From contig BOLA01000001.1 of the NCBI GenBank assembly GCA_016861265.1, forward strand, positions 203,569-267,568: DNA of 64,000 nt, given 5' to 3'. Numbering within the stretch: position 1 is the first letter of the stretch; every line of letters begins with the position of its first letter. This DNA is from Patescibacteria group bacterium (GTDB lineage Bacteria; Patescibacteriota; Dojkabacteria; J137). Shown piece by piece: positions 50,757-61,155 of the stretch. A model generated the notes under the pieces. The model saw only the letters and a list, made by a program, of their open reading frames with translations, was not told where the DNA came from and ran no database searches. The translations under genes and the position numbers were made by a program.

Positions 50757-53090
50757 GTGGACCAACCTATGTCGAACAGAAAAAAGATTACCTTAGCAAT
50801 ATTGATTTTTCTTACTGCGATTCTCGCAGGTGTAAGTATTTATGTAACTGTAAAGTTACAAGAAAGCCAGGCTCCCACCGAAACAGGAGCATTTACTGGT
50901 GCTGGATTTACTAATTGTTGCGGTACCGGAATTGGTTGTTCGGGTGGAGGTTCTACCTGTCCTGCACATAAATGTAGCGGAACAAGTTGTAGTGGTTCGG
51001 CTGTAAAAATGTTTAAGTGTACTGGAAGACATAATGAATGTGGAGGTGGAGGTGCTACACCATTCTGGGAAAACAATGGATTCACAGGTGGAGAATCTGT
51101 TCCTACTGGAGAATGCGGAATTACTGTACAAATCGATGTGTTTAATAGTGCATCATACGGTAGCGGTATGATTGACTACATTGTTTACTACACTGGGGAT
51201 TGTAATCAAACTACTCCAAAATATAAATGTAGCAATAACTCTTGCGTAAGAGACGATGCAAATGGAACATATACAAGTTCAAATTGTAATAATCAATGTA
51301 GTGCACCTAAGAAAGTTGCATGCGGAGAAAGATGCAATACGGATGCAGATTGTAAAGGAGCTGCAAATGGAGGAACAACAGTTTGTAGAGATGAAGGTGG
51401 TGGTGTAAAAAAATGTGCAAATGTATTCTGCCCTGTGGGAAAAACAATACCTGGAGCAAACTGTGATTGTTCGGCAGGAAGAGTCTGCGGACAAACATGC
51501 AATGCTAGCGTAGGTTTATGTGCAGATGGAAAATCGACTTGTAGATACATAGTTGGTCCATCATGTACAACCTCAAGACCTAATGTTGCAGATACTACCT
51601 ATTGCGTACCGACATCTGGAGCTGGTGCCAGCCAATTAACTACTGCAAAATGTGTAGACAGAGATCAATACAATAGTTATGTGCTATTAAATGGACAAAA
51701 TCCAACACCTGCACAAATTCAACAATTATGTAATTTAACAATACAAACTACTTGCTATAAATGTACTGACCCTACAAATGATGGAAATACTTGTACTAGT
51801 CAAACAGTAAGCGGAACATCTTGTCCTACAGGATGGACTACAAATTCAGTTTGTTCGGCAGCTGCTCCTGGCGGTGCATGTCCTGTCGAAATACCAAAGA
51901 TTACATGTTATCGATGTACAACTGGAACATTAGATGGTAATGCCTGTGAAAATCAGCAATTTGATGGAACATCTTGCCCAACAGGCTGGACTAATAACTC
52001 AAATTGCGGTGCTGCAGCTACAGGTGGCGCATGTCCTGTCGAGACTCCTACAGTAAGTGCTGCTGCTGCTTGTGTTAGTAATACTAATCAAGTAACAGTT
52101 ACATGGAATGCTGTAACTGGTGACAATAGTCAATATGTAGTAGATATTAGTGATTCAAACACATTTGCAACAAATTTTTATCATAAAGCAGTAACATCTG
52201 GTACAACTACAACAGCACCTAATGGATTTACTGCTGCTACTGGCGGTACTGGAGCTCCATTAACAACACTTGACCCTGCAAAGACTTACTATGTAAGAGT
52301 TGCTTATACTGCAATAAATAATTTATATAGTAATACAGCTACAGTATCTACATTAACTTGTACTGAACCCACAATTCAATGTTATAGATGTACAGTAGGT
52401 GCAACAGATGCAAATGCCTGTGAAAATCAACAATTCAACGGAACATCTTGCCCAACGGGTTGGACTTCGAATTCAAACTGTGCTGCTGCAGCCACGGGAG
52501 GTGCTTGCCCTGTAGAAGTAGCTTGCGGTGCAACTTGTAACGATACAAATAATTTATGTCCTCAAGGTCATACTTGTAATGCAGGAGTGTGTAAGCTTAA
52601 CACTTGCTTAACACCAGGGAATTGTTCCGATAATACATGTACGCCAACTGTCCCTGTTTGCGGATCAACATGTTCAACAAATGCCCAGTGTCCAAATAAT
52701 CATAGTTGTACTGCGGGTAAGTGTGTACTAAACGGATGCACAAGTTCTACATGTACAAATGGTTGTGTACCGTTATGTGGCGGTCCATGCGGAACAAACA
52801 ATGATTGTCCAAATAATCATAGTTGTACTGCCGGTAAATGTGTACTAAACGGATGTACAGCAACAACTTGTACAAATGGTTGTAGTGTAATTCCAGTAAT
52901 TCCTGAGACTGCAATTGAAGATGACGCTAGATTATTACTAATAGGAGCTCTATTTATAATCGGAGGTTACCTATCAATGAAATTTGGATTAGGAAGTAAA
53001 ACTAATTTCTTAACAAATATGTATAGTAGTATGACATCTAGCTATGAAGATAAGGCTGAAAGAAAATTGAAAGAAAAAGCTGAGAAGTAA
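50757..53090 (+). CDS. Cys-rich repeat surface protein with IPETA sorting-like signal
   Basis: Very Cys-rich; Fn3-like segment (VTVTWN..YVV..YYVRV); start may be ATG 50769. Confidence 0.85.
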   Translation: MDQPMSNRKKITLAILIFLTAILAGVSIYVTVKLQESQAPTETGAFTGAGFTNCCGTGIGCSGGGSTCPAHKCSGTSCSGSAVKMFKCTGRHNECGGGGATPFWENNGFTGGESVPTGECGITVQIDVFNSASYGSGMIDYIVYYTGDCNQTTPKYKCSNNSCVRDDANGTYTSSNCNNQCSAPKKVACGERCNTDADCKGAANGGTTVCRDEGGGVKKCANVFCPVGKTIPGANCDCSAGRVCGQTCNASVGLCADGKSTCRYIVGPSCTTSRPNVADTTYCVPTSGAGASQLTTAKCVDRDQYNSYVLLNGQNPTPAQIQQLCNLTIQTTCYKCTDPTNDGNTCTSQTVSGTSCPTGWTTNSVCSAAAPGGACPVEIPKITCYRCTTGTLDGNACENQQFDGTSCPTGWTNNSNCGAAATGGACPVETPTVSAAAACVSNTNQVTVTWNAVTGDNSQYVVDISDSNTFATNFYHKAVTSGTTTTAPNGFTAATGGTGAPLTTLDPAKTYYVRVAYTAINNLYSNTATVSTLTCTEPTIQCYRCTVGATDANACENQQFNGTSCPTGWTSNSNCAAAATGGACPVEVACGATCNDTNNLCPQGHTCNAGVCKLNTCLTPGNCSDNTCTPTVPVCGSTCSTNAQCPNNHSCTAGKCVLNGCTSSTCTNGCVPLCGGPCGTNNDCPNNHSCTAGKCVLNGCTATTCTNGCSVIPVIPETAIEDDARLLLIGALFIIGGYLSMKFGLGSKTNFLTNMYSSMTSSYEDKAERKLKEKAEK
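51749..52517 (+). repeat. Three ~47-aa Cys modules CYxCT..N.C..Q...GTSCPTGWT.NS.C.AAA.GGACPVE
   Basis: Copies near 51749, 51903 and 52377; the Fn3-like segment lies between copies 2 and 3. Confidence 0.85.
52689..52884 (+). repeat. Tandem 117-nt-period repeat (CPNNHSCTAGKCVLNGCT..TCTNGC)
   Basis: Near-identical DNA starting at 52689 and 52806. Confidence 0.88.
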
Positions 53091-53094
53091 AACT

Positions 53095-53119
53095 AAACCC
53101 TCCGAAAGGAGGGTTTTTT
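53095..53119 (+). terminator. Intrinsic terminator
   Basis: AAACCCTCC-GAAA-GGAGGGTTTTTT. Confidence 0.9.
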
Positions 53120-53591
53120 AATCTACCTTAAGAGAATTCCCATTGACTCTAAGCCAATTCCTGTATGTTAAGTAGTCAGGCATTACTTTTTGTACAACAA
53201 GCCAAAATGCTTTCGAGTGATTCATTTCCACTGTGTGAGATAATTCATGTACAATTACGTAATCTAATACCTTTTGGGGACCAAGAATTAATTTCCAATT
53301 AAAGTTTAGATTCTTCTCACTTGAGCAACTCCCCCATCTAGTGCTCTGCTCTCTAATACTTATTTTCTTGAATTCAAAGTTATTTTCTTTAGCCAACATT
53401 TTGGTTCTGTCGGTTATTATCTTGCGGGAATATTCCTTAAGCCAATCCTCAAAAATTGTTTTGGGATGCTTTCTACTGTCCTCAGCCTGAAAAATTGTAA
53501 TAGAATTACTTCCTATAACCACCTTATCCTTTATAAATCTTTTGGGCGAAACGACAACGCTATATTGCTTCTCTAAAATTGATACTTGCAT
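53118..53591 (-). CDS. YgjP/DUF45-family metal-dependent hydrolase
   Basis: TRWGSCS, YVIVHELSH, NHSKAFW. Confidence 0.92.
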   Translation of the reverse strand: MQVSILEKQYSVVVSPKRFIKDKVVIGSNSITIFQAEDSRKHPKTIFEDWLKEYSRKIITDRTKMLAKENNFEFKKISIREQSTRWGSCSSEKNLNFNWKLILGPQKVLDYVIVHELSHTVEMNHSKAFWLVVQKVMPDYLTYRNWLRVNGNSLKVD

Positions 53592-53593
53592 GG

Positions 53594-55591
53594 CTAATAT
53601 TTTATCACGGGTTTACCAAATAAATTTATCTTACTTAACTTCTTTTTTAATGACTTGTGAATTGCCTTCCTAGCCCTAATGACTTCTGTAATTAGTACAA
53701 TCAAAATAACTAAATAACCAAGTAATATTAGATAAGTTCTCGATTCATCAGTTGGGTACTGCTTAGGCAATAACGAACTGTCCTTTTGAGGGAATGAAGT
53801 CGGATAACTTACTGCCATGAATTCCGAAAGCACGTTTGGAAAGTAATATTCATTGGCAATGACTCTGAATGCGCCTCTATAATAGTCAACTACCCCTATT
53901 ATATTTAGTATTGTGCCCTTTTTAAGCTCTATTAAATTTGCTGGACCATAAAAATAAACACTAAAAGTGTCATTGCTTAACCTCACCCTTACTCTATTCG
54001 AATAAACCTGATCTACTACTGCAGAAATGGCTACAAGTTTACCGATATCACTTGTCTCGGGATTAAACAAATTTAAAGCTACTGGTGCAGGGTCTATATA
54101 ATCGATTATCTCAATATTAGCAGGATTAATTTCAATATTTTTAGCACCATTTTTAGTTACAACTTTAGCCTTAATTAGCGAGAATGTATTTAATAAATCT
54201 CGATCGAGCATTGTAGTTAATTTTGCTTTTATTCTCATGGTGTTATCTTCAAGGAATGCATATTTATCGACTGAACCAATTATATTTGCCTTGAGCATAA
54301 ATTCAGTTCCTCCCTGTAAGGAATTAATATCCAAAATAGTATAGAACGGAAATTCAAGATTGTTCTTTGAATTTACAAAACGATTTTCTCCCTTTGGAGT
54401 CGGAGACATTAAAATAAAAGTTTCTTCTGAAAATACTCCATTCTCAAATTTCCTACCAACGGATTGAGACGTACTAACTTGTGTATAAGAGAATTTATTG
54501 ATCTGATTACCGTTTATATCAAATAAATAAATCGAATCTCCGGAATTATTTAAGCTTATTGTAAGATCCTCTTCGTAAACTACATAGTACTCCCTTGGAG
54601 CGATTGTTACATCGGGCAGAAGCGATTTCCGATTAGTTACACCAGTGGATGTTTTTTCTTCTATTACATAATCTTTTAGATTAATAGAATGAGAATCATT
54701 ATTATAAATTTCAATCCACTCGTCGTCTCCACTTTCAGGACTCGGGTAAACTTCAGTAATAACAACTTTATTTGTAATATTGTTTTGAATATTTATCCTC
54801 ATACTTTCAGAATTTATTGTTTGGTCATCGTATTTTAATTCTAATTTAACTGAATCTGAGTAGACTGTATTAAACTTATGAGGTGAACTAATTGGATTAT
54901 TATTCTTATCTGTCCATTTTTCGGATATAGGAGATTGAGTTATGGTAGGAATAAATCTAAAGTAGATATCCTTACCTATGAATGATGATAATGTATCGGT
55001 CCATACCACTGAGTCTAGTGAAAATTCGATTCTCGGAGGATTTATTGGGATAACTGTATAAGAAATAGGAATATTAAAACAGGTGCTTATACTAACTGAA
55101 TTGTATAGCCCAACCGTGTTGTAAATGGAGCTCAATAAGTTTCCACACAAAGGTCCATCTAATTCCCAAGCCACACCCTCTTTTGAATCTCCATAGCTTA
55201 ATTCATAAACTAATACTCCATTGTTAAATAACTGTAATTTTCCATAATCATTGAAAAGAGCAAGTTTTCCATTCCCAATAGAAATACCATTACTTATTTG
55301 TAGGGTAGTCAAGTCTTCTGCTATAACAAAATACGAATTGGGATTTATTTGGCTATCTGGAATAATAATTTTCTTACTGCTACCACTCTGAGAAGTATTT
55401 ATAAAATAGGCATTAACTAATTGAGCTGCCGAACTGCTTGTATTATAAATTTCAATGTATTCTTTTCCCGTGTCAGTACCTACTGCATCTGGCAACAATT
55501 CATTAATAATTAGATTAGTGTCAGCACTTAAATGTATAGAAAAAAGATAAGGGATTAAAATAAAAATAGAAAAAAGAAAGGTAGCCTTCAT
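53594..55591 (-). CDS. Exported protein with two lamin-tail domains and OB-like regions
   Basis: IINELLPD..EYIEIYN; VITEVYPSP..EWIEIYN..LNNSGD; C-terminal TM. Confidence 0.85.
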   Translation of the reverse strand: MKATFLFSIFILIPYLFSIHLSADTNLIINELLPDAVGTDTGKEYIEIYNTSSSAAQLVNAYFINTSQSGSSKKIIIPDSQINPNSYFVIAEDLTTLQISNGISIGNGKLALFNDYGKLQLFNNGVLVYELSYGDSKEGVAWELDGPLCGNLLSSIYNTVGLYNSVSISTCFNIPISYTVIPINPPRIEFSLDSVVWTDTLSSFIGKDIYFRFIPTITQSPISEKWTDKNNNPISSPHKFNTVYSDSVKLELKYDDQTINSESMRINIQNNITNKVVITEVYPSPESGDDEWIEIYNNDSHSINLKDYVIEEKTSTGVTNRKSLLPDVTIAPREYYVVYEEDLTISLNNSGDSIYLFDINGNQINKFSYTQVSTSQSVGRKFENGVFSEETFILMSPTPKGENRFVNSKNNLEFPFYTILDINSLQGGTEFMLKANIIGSVDKYAFLEDNTMRIKAKLTTMLDRDLLNTFSLIKAKVVTKNGAKNIEINPANIEIIDYIDPAPVALNLFNPETSDIGKLVAISAVVDQVYSNRVRVRLSNDTFSVYFYGPANLIELKKGTILNIIGVVDYYRGAFRVIANEYYFPNVLSEFMAVSYPTSFPQKDSSLLPKQYPTDESRTYLILLGYLVILIVLITEVIRARKAIHKSLKKKLSKINLFGKPVIKY

Positions 55592-55651
55592 AAAGTTTTT
55601 TTAATAATTTACTTTAAGAATGCTACCTATAAATTCTTACAAAATTCTGAC

Positions 55652-56158
55652 TTATTTCTTTAAGAATGCAACAACCTTGTCAAGCTGAACTCTAACTGAT
55701 GCAGGTAATTTATCAGGTGTATAATAAACCTGAATAACTCCACCAACAGTGTTCCAAATAACCATTCCTACAACACCCCATACAAATGCACCAATAAACC
55801 AACCTATATAATCAGCTAAACCTGGGGTATAGTAAACTCCAAAAAAGCTTACTCTAGCAAATAGTAATCCATTCAATACGGATGCTACGCCGCCTCCAAA
55901 TCCGGATACTAAGCCAGCTATTACTCCTGTTACTACAGTATGTTTTATTACATCAGGTAATTTCTCTTTACTTCCACCCACTGTTGATACTACAACATAA
56001 CCTGAGGCTACACCTACTACCCAGTTTAATAAGCTGAAGAAAATACCTAAAATAGGAATTACTCCTAAAAGGTTCAATACAGCAGATGCTGCACCAAAAA
56101 CGAATCCTGCTTTTACGACAGGCTTAGGGAAAAGCTCTGAAGACTTTGCTTCGTTCAT
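55652..56158 (-). CDS. Gly-rich membrane protein
   Basis: About four hydrophobic helices. Confidence 0.75.
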   Translation of the reverse strand: MNEAKSSELFPKPVVKAGFVFGAASAVLNLLGVIPILGIFFSLLNWVVGVASGYVVVSTVGGSKEKLPDVIKHTVVTGVIAGLVSGFGGGVASVLNGLLFARVSFFGVYYTPGLADYIGWFIGAFVWGVVGMVIWNTVGGVIQVYYTPDKLPASVRVQLDKVVAFLKK

Positions 56159-56289
56159 ATTTTGCTAGTAATAATTTAAGTTAATCTGAGTTTAAATCTT
56201 ATTGAATATCAAGTCAACCAGGAATATCTATAGCTGATAAATAAAACCTGGTGTTATAATTTACTAAATGAAGAATTTAGGGGGCTATA

Positions 56290-56568
56290 ATGATTATCCG
56301 ATCACTCAAGTATCTAATTCTTCTGGCTCTTACTCTGGGGTGGTTCTACATGAGCCTTCCATCAATGATGTTGCTGGTTATTGGACCTTACTACGTAATC
56401 AACAACTGGATGGGAGGCAGTATACCGCTCACAATTCTGTTCTTTGATGGTTGGGTAGCAGCAATGTTACTGCTTGTAAAACCTCTATTGCGAGCAGATG
56501 CAAAGGTAAGAGCAATCAATGAAGCGGCAAGAAAACGCACCGAAAAAGGTGCTCTTGCCAAGAACTAG
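56290..56568 (+). CDS. Small membrane protein
   Basis: Hydrophobic N-half, basic tail; AGGGGG upstream; hairpin GGGGGC/GCCCCC at the stop. Confidence 0.65.
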   Translation: MIIRSLKYLILLALTLGWFYMSLPSMMLLVIGPYYVINNWMGGSIPLTILFFDGWVAAMLLLVKPLLRADAKVRAINEAARKRTEKGALAKN

Positions 56569-56596
56569 GGGGCGCATGCCCCCATTCCTTCTATAT

Positions 56597-56995
56597 TCAA
56601 TCTACAAAGTTTTTACTTGCTTCCTGAAACATGGCATCGTGAGCTTTTTCTCTCATCATTGCGGTTTCAAAAGCTTTAATTGCTTTGTGTCTTTCTTCTT
56701 CAGACAGTTCAGTATCTGCTTTGGCTTCTTCAATCATTCTTGGATACATTTCATCTATTTCATCTTGTTCACCTGATGCAGCTGCATCAATATTTTCCTT
56801 TGTACTCTTTACAAATCCCATAGCCAATAAATGGTTAATACCATGAATTGTTTCCGCTCCTGCAGCTTCCTCAAATAATTGCGCTACTTCTGGATGGCCT
56901 TGTTCCATAGCTCTTTGGGCAAAAGCCATGTACTTTAACCTGGCAAAAGCCTCGCCCTGTGCAGCTTTCATTAAATTATCTGCTGTTTTTGACAT
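56597..56995 (-). CDS. Rubrerythrin-family ferritin-like protein
   Basis: NLMKAAQGE..A..KY, ETIH, MYP, EKAH; no rubredoxin domain. Confidence 0.92.
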   Translation of the reverse strand: MSKTADNLMKAAQGEAFARLKYMAFAQRAMEQGHPEVAQLFEEAAGAETIHGINHLLAMGFVKSTKENIDAAASGEQDEIDEMYPRMIEEAKADTELSEEERHKAIKAFETAMMREKAHDAMFQEASKNFVD

Positions 56996-57057
56996 AATAG
57001 AAAAGTAAGAATTATTAACTCATTATACATCTGTAGCATTAATTGTATAATTCTTAC

Positions 57058-58197
57058 ATGAAAGATCTAAATATATACTTCCACATACCATACTGCAAAG
57101 CAAAGTGCCGATTCTGCAGTTTTTATGTAATTCCCGGTAGAAAATCCAGACTAGAGGAATACTTTAAAGCTCTTCAAAAAGAAATAGTTGATCATAAGCA
57201 TACATTACAAAATTATAATATTAGAACTATATATGTTGGAGGAGGAACACCCTCCTTAGTAGACTCACCTTATGTAGTAGAAGTTATAAATACAATAAAA
57301 AGTAATTTTAATATTGATTCGTTTTGTGAAATCTCTATTGAAACAAATCCAGAAACAATAACTCTGGAAAAGATTGAAGACTACCTATCAGTCGGCGTGA
57401 ACAGAATTAGCATTGGACTACAGTCAACAGATGATCAGATTTTAAAATTTATGGGAAGGCTGTATACCTTTGACGAATTTAAAGAAAGATACGAAATAGT
57501 AAAAAATAGTGCTATTAGCAATATAAATCTAGATTTAATATTTGGTATACCGGGACTGACACTGGAACTGTGGCAACAGACACTCGAAAAAACAATTGAA
57601 CTTGAACCGAAACATATTTCTACTTACTCTTTAGAAATTGATCCGGATTCTATTTTCGGTTATCTAGAAAAACGTGGAAGATTCAAAAGAATGGACGATA
57701 ACCTTGACAGGAAAATGTATAAACTTTCTAAGAAAGTCTTGAACAATAGTGAATTCTTTCAATACGAAATTTCGAATTTTGCAGCTAATGGTTATGAATG
57801 CAAACATAACTTAAATATATGGAAAGGACAAGACTATATAGGTTTTGGAGCGTCATCACACTCAAGAATAAACAATATGAGATACAATAATATTAACAGT
57901 CTTGAAAAATATATTGATTTAATTAATACAGGTCAAAGTCCTAAGGAAAATATTAGTGAGTTGAGCACTAACGATTTATTGAACGAAAGAATTATTTTAA
58001 ATTTAAGAACTAATCGAGGTATTAACCTTGATCAAATAAATAGTGAATTTGACTCAGAAATTACTTCAAATTTAAACTCAAATATAGATGGACTTTTACA
58101 ACAAAAATTAATTAAAATAGAAAAGAATTATTTATCTCTGACTTCAAAAGGTCAGGATTTAGAAAATTATGTTAATTTGCAGCTAGTAAACATATGA
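57058..58197 (+). CDS. hemW: Radical SAM HemW/HemN-like protein
   Basis: YFHIPYCKAKCRFCSF, GGGTPS, YEISNFA, HNL; ATG 57058 preferred. Confidence 0.92.
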   Translation: MKDLNIYFHIPYCKAKCRFCSFYVIPGRKSRLEEYFKALQKEIVDHKHTLQNYNIRTIYVGGGTPSLVDSPYVVEVINTIKSNFNIDSFCEISIETNPETITLEKIEDYLSVGVNRISIGLQSTDDQILKFMGRLYTFDEFKERYEIVKNSAISNINLDLIFGIPGLTLELWQQTLEKTIELEPKHISTYSLEIDPDSIFGYLEKRGRFKRMDDNLDRKMYKLSKKVLNNSEFFQYEISNFAANGYECKHNLNIWKGQDYIGFGASSHSRINNMRYNNINSLEKYIDLINTGQSPKENISELSTNDLLNERIILNLRTNRGINLDQINSEFDSEITSNLNSNIDGLLQQKLIKIEKNYLSLTSKGQDLENYVNLQLVNI

Positions 58198-59759
58198 CAC
58201 AAGATCCTATTCTGGATATTTTTAGAGAATACGAATACGAAGATGAGATTGAAGCCCTAGCAGCCATTGGAGAATCTACTGCGAATATGGCTTATTTTAA
58301 GAGGGAAAGCAGGCGAACCGAGGAAGATGTTGCATTTACCAGAGCTTTGTATAGTGCAGCAGATGCTCGAAGGGTTCTAAAATATTCTGCTGAAAATCTT
58401 CAGAATGCAGCGTTCAGGAATTTAAAACCAATCGCAGAATCAGAGTCAATAACCGATTTTGTGATAGAAAGAGTTTCTGCACTTAATCCTGTACACAAAA
58501 GATTATTCGAAACCAAACAAGAGCTTCAGCAACTGGATGCAAAAATTATTTCAGAATTAAATTTCTCCGCGAAAGATTTTATAGAAACATTTTTCCGTGA
58601 AGAAAGAGATCCTTCGAAGATTGTTAACGCAATTAAATTAGTTCTTGAGAACAATAATTTAGATACTAGCTCACCTGAGGTTAAACAGATAAAATACAAA
58701 AATGAAGGAAGAAGAATATTCAGTTCCCCTCTGCTTCAGGAATTTATAAAGATCTATCTAGAATATCTGGCCCTAGAGGACTTAATTAAAGTTGTAATCA
58801 GTCAGACACTAGATTCATTAAAGGTGGGTGCATCCTTAGATGAGCAGTTAATATATATTGACCTAGTTTTTGACTATTTAACTGACCCAACCGATCCTCA
58901 ACCTGTACTACCAGAAACAATTGATTACGTTTTAGATATATTCTTGGATTATGTAAAAGATGCCAAATTCATTTATAACCCTGATCTTACAATTGATCCC
59001 ACACCTGCTGGAAATATTGTATATGCCACACTAAGAGGCAACGAAGAAAGATTACTAGCCTACGAACAACGATTCGGTGAGTTGAATTTAAATTTGTTTG
59101 TAAAATTAAAAAGAATTGAATCTCTAATTAAAAACACCGACGAAAACAAACAACTGGCAGAAAGACGAAGAAAAGCTGAAAACATGGAAGCCACAATGTC
59201 GGAAATAGAGATGATCTTTACAACCATTGGACTCTCTACCGATAGAATGGAAAAGATATTTAAATCAATTCCTGCTAACCGATTAAAAAATGAAGTTGAT
59301 AGTTTTCAAAGAATAAGCGATTATAGAGATTTAATAACCTTTACTACATATTTACTGAGCTTTATGGAAGGAAAATTCGAATACTTTCATGCATTTGACC
59401 GCCACAGTCAATCAGTAAGCCAAACCAAAATGCTTAACCTATTTGCAAGAGACGCTACCAGAACAGTGCATGGAATTTTCTCTGATGACCTTTTTATGGG
59501 AAGAGCATTTGTTTCTAGTCGAGAAAGACTATTAGAGATATTAAGTGCCAAAATTGATCGTTCTAAGCCCTACTCTGACTATATAGATATTGAATTCCCC
59601 GAAGAAGTCGGTGATGTATACAAAAGATATAGAGACAAATCAGGAAATGATAGGATAGTTAAGGTAGGTAGAACTAAGAAAGTTAGGATTTCCATTAACC
59701 ATGTACCTGGCTGGACTCCAAAGCAGTCCATTATTAGCATTTACCCACTAGGAGAATAA
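58194..59759 (+). CDS. Hypothetical protein (orphan)
   Basis: 521-aa ORF; ATGA overlap with hemW. Confidence 0.8.
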   Translation: MTQDPILDIFREYEYEDEIEALAAIGESTANMAYFKRESRRTEEDVAFTRALYSAADARRVLKYSAENLQNAAFRNLKPIAESESITDFVIERVSALNPVHKRLFETKQELQQLDAKIISELNFSAKDFIETFFREERDPSKIVNAIKLVLENNNLDTSSPEVKQIKYKNEGRRIFSSPLLQEFIKIYLEYLALEDLIKVVISQTLDSLKVGASLDEQLIYIDLVFDYLTDPTDPQPVLPETIDYVLDIFLDYVKDAKFIYNPDLTIDPTPAGNIVYATLRGNEERLLAYEQRFGELNLNLFVKLKRIESLIKNTDENKQLAERRRKAENMEATMSEIEMIFTTIGLSTDRMEKIFKSIPANRLKNEVDSFQRISDYRDLITFTTYLLSFMEGKFEYFHAFDRHSQSVSQTKMLNLFARDATRTVHGIFSDDLFMGRAFVSSRERLLEILSAKIDRSKPYSDYIDIEFPEEVGDVYKRYRDKSGNDRIVKVGRTKKVRISINHVPGWTPKQSIISIYPLGE

Positions 59760-59778
59760 TAGATGTTATAATTATTAT

Positions 59779-60174
59779 ATGTTTACAGATTTAAATACAA
59801 TGACAGATGATTCAGAGGGAGTTGTTTTAGAACATTTCACTAATAGGAATTCATTAAACCAGATAATAAGCCGTCTAGCAATATTATCGGGAGGATCCTA
59901 CGATGATTTCATAGCTACAGAGGTAGCCAGAATACTTGAAGACACCCAAGCCAGAGATAGTCTATTGCAGGATCTTAAGGGAATTATTGACTCTTCCGAG
60001 AGATATGGTCTTACATATTTAATAGGTAGACTTGAGGACTTCCCTGGTATTGAGACGGGTTTTGAAACCACACCAAACATTCAAATTAACCCTACTGATT
60101 CAGCAGAAAATAATAGAGCTAGGGTTGTTTATCAGCTTGTTTTGGATTTATATCAAAGACTGTCTGTTTCCTGA
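59779..60174 (+). CDS. Hypothetical protein
   Basis: 131-aa ORF; TGTTATAAT-N6-ATG. Confidence 0.7.
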   Translation: MFTDLNTMTDDSEGVVLEHFTNRNSLNQIISRLAILSGGSYDDFIATEVARILEDTQARDSLLQDLKGIIDSSERYGLTYLIGRLEDFPGIETGFETTPNIQINPTDSAENNRARVVYQLVLDLYQRLSVS

Positions 60175-61076
60175 AACCAATTCTTGGGCACAGCTTTGAA
60201 GACAAGTTCCTCTCCACTCATATTCTTAATCTTAAGTGTGTGGGAATGTAGAAGCACTCTATTATATGGCACTCCATTATATAAGGTATCGCCTACTATA
60301 GGATATCCTAAACTTGCCAAGTGCACTCTAATTTGGTGAGTTCTTCCTGTATGTGGAATAACTCTTAGCTGGCTAAATTCATATTCGCCCATTTGTAAGT
60401 TTTTCTGGAAGAAAATATCAGTTTCGGCATACTCATTTTTTAATGAGTCTATTGCAACCCTATACCTAAAACCTTCCGGACTCTTGCCTATAAAACCACT
60501 AATTTTAATAAATGTCTGGCCTCTTAACTCATCATTAAAGTCACCTTTAACAACTGCCCAATACTCTTTAGCTACCTCTCTTTTCTTGAATTGCCTTGAA
60601 TAGAAGTTATGACTTTCAAGATTTTTACTGAATAGAATTACACCCGAAGTCTCTTTATCTAATCTATTCACTGGCCTTATTCTACTAAACGGGCTATCAC
60701 TATTTTGAATATGATATATTAGCCCATTCATTAAAGTATCGTTTAGATGATTATAGGATGGGTGTACTACTACGCCCTCCGCTTTATTAACCACAATGAT
60801 ATCGTCATCTTCGAATAGAATGTCTAATTCCATTTTTACAGGCTCAATCTCTGTAATTGTTGTCTGCGCTATATAATCCTTTAGCGCCTGTTCGTCAAAG
60901 GTTATTAGATCGCCTTCAACTAATATCTTATTGAATTTTGTGAATTCCCCGTTGACCTTTACTACCTTACTTAAGATAAGTTTTTTGACTGTGGATCTAG
61001 ATAAGGTCGGATAAACAATGCCAATATAAGAATCTAGTCTAGTTCTTTTTTTTAGATTTTCTGCTTTAATTTCCAT
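60153..61076 (-). CDS. RluA-family pseudouridine synthase with S4 domain
   Basis: RLD..SRS, VNKAEGVVVHP, VNRLDKETSG, TGRTHQIRVH. Confidence 0.95.
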   Translation of the reverse strand: MEIKAENLKKRTRLDSYIGIVYPTLSRSTVKKLILSKVVKVNGEFTKFNKILVEGDLITFDEQALKDYIAQTTITEIEPVKMELDILFEDDDIIVVNKAEGVVVHPSYNHLNDTLMNGLIYHIQNSDSPFSRIRPVNRLDKETSGVILFSKNLESHNFYSRQFKKREVAKEYWAVVKGDFNDELRGQTFIKISGFIGKSPEGFRYRVAIDSLKNEYAETDIFFQKNLQMGEYEFSQLRVIPHTGRTHQIRVHLASLGYPIVGDTLYNGVPYNRVLLHSHTLKIKNMSGEELVFKAVPKNWFQETDSL

Positions 61077-61155
61077 AATCGAATTATACTATTAACTGGC
61101 AATGTACACCTAAATTTACTATAGTATAAATATTTAATTTATTTGTCCTTATATC

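Noticed and set aside
51749-52884. CRISPR-like or DGR-like repeats
   Set aside because: In-frame coding repeats with mostly synonymous differences; no spacers, cas or reverse transcriptase gene.
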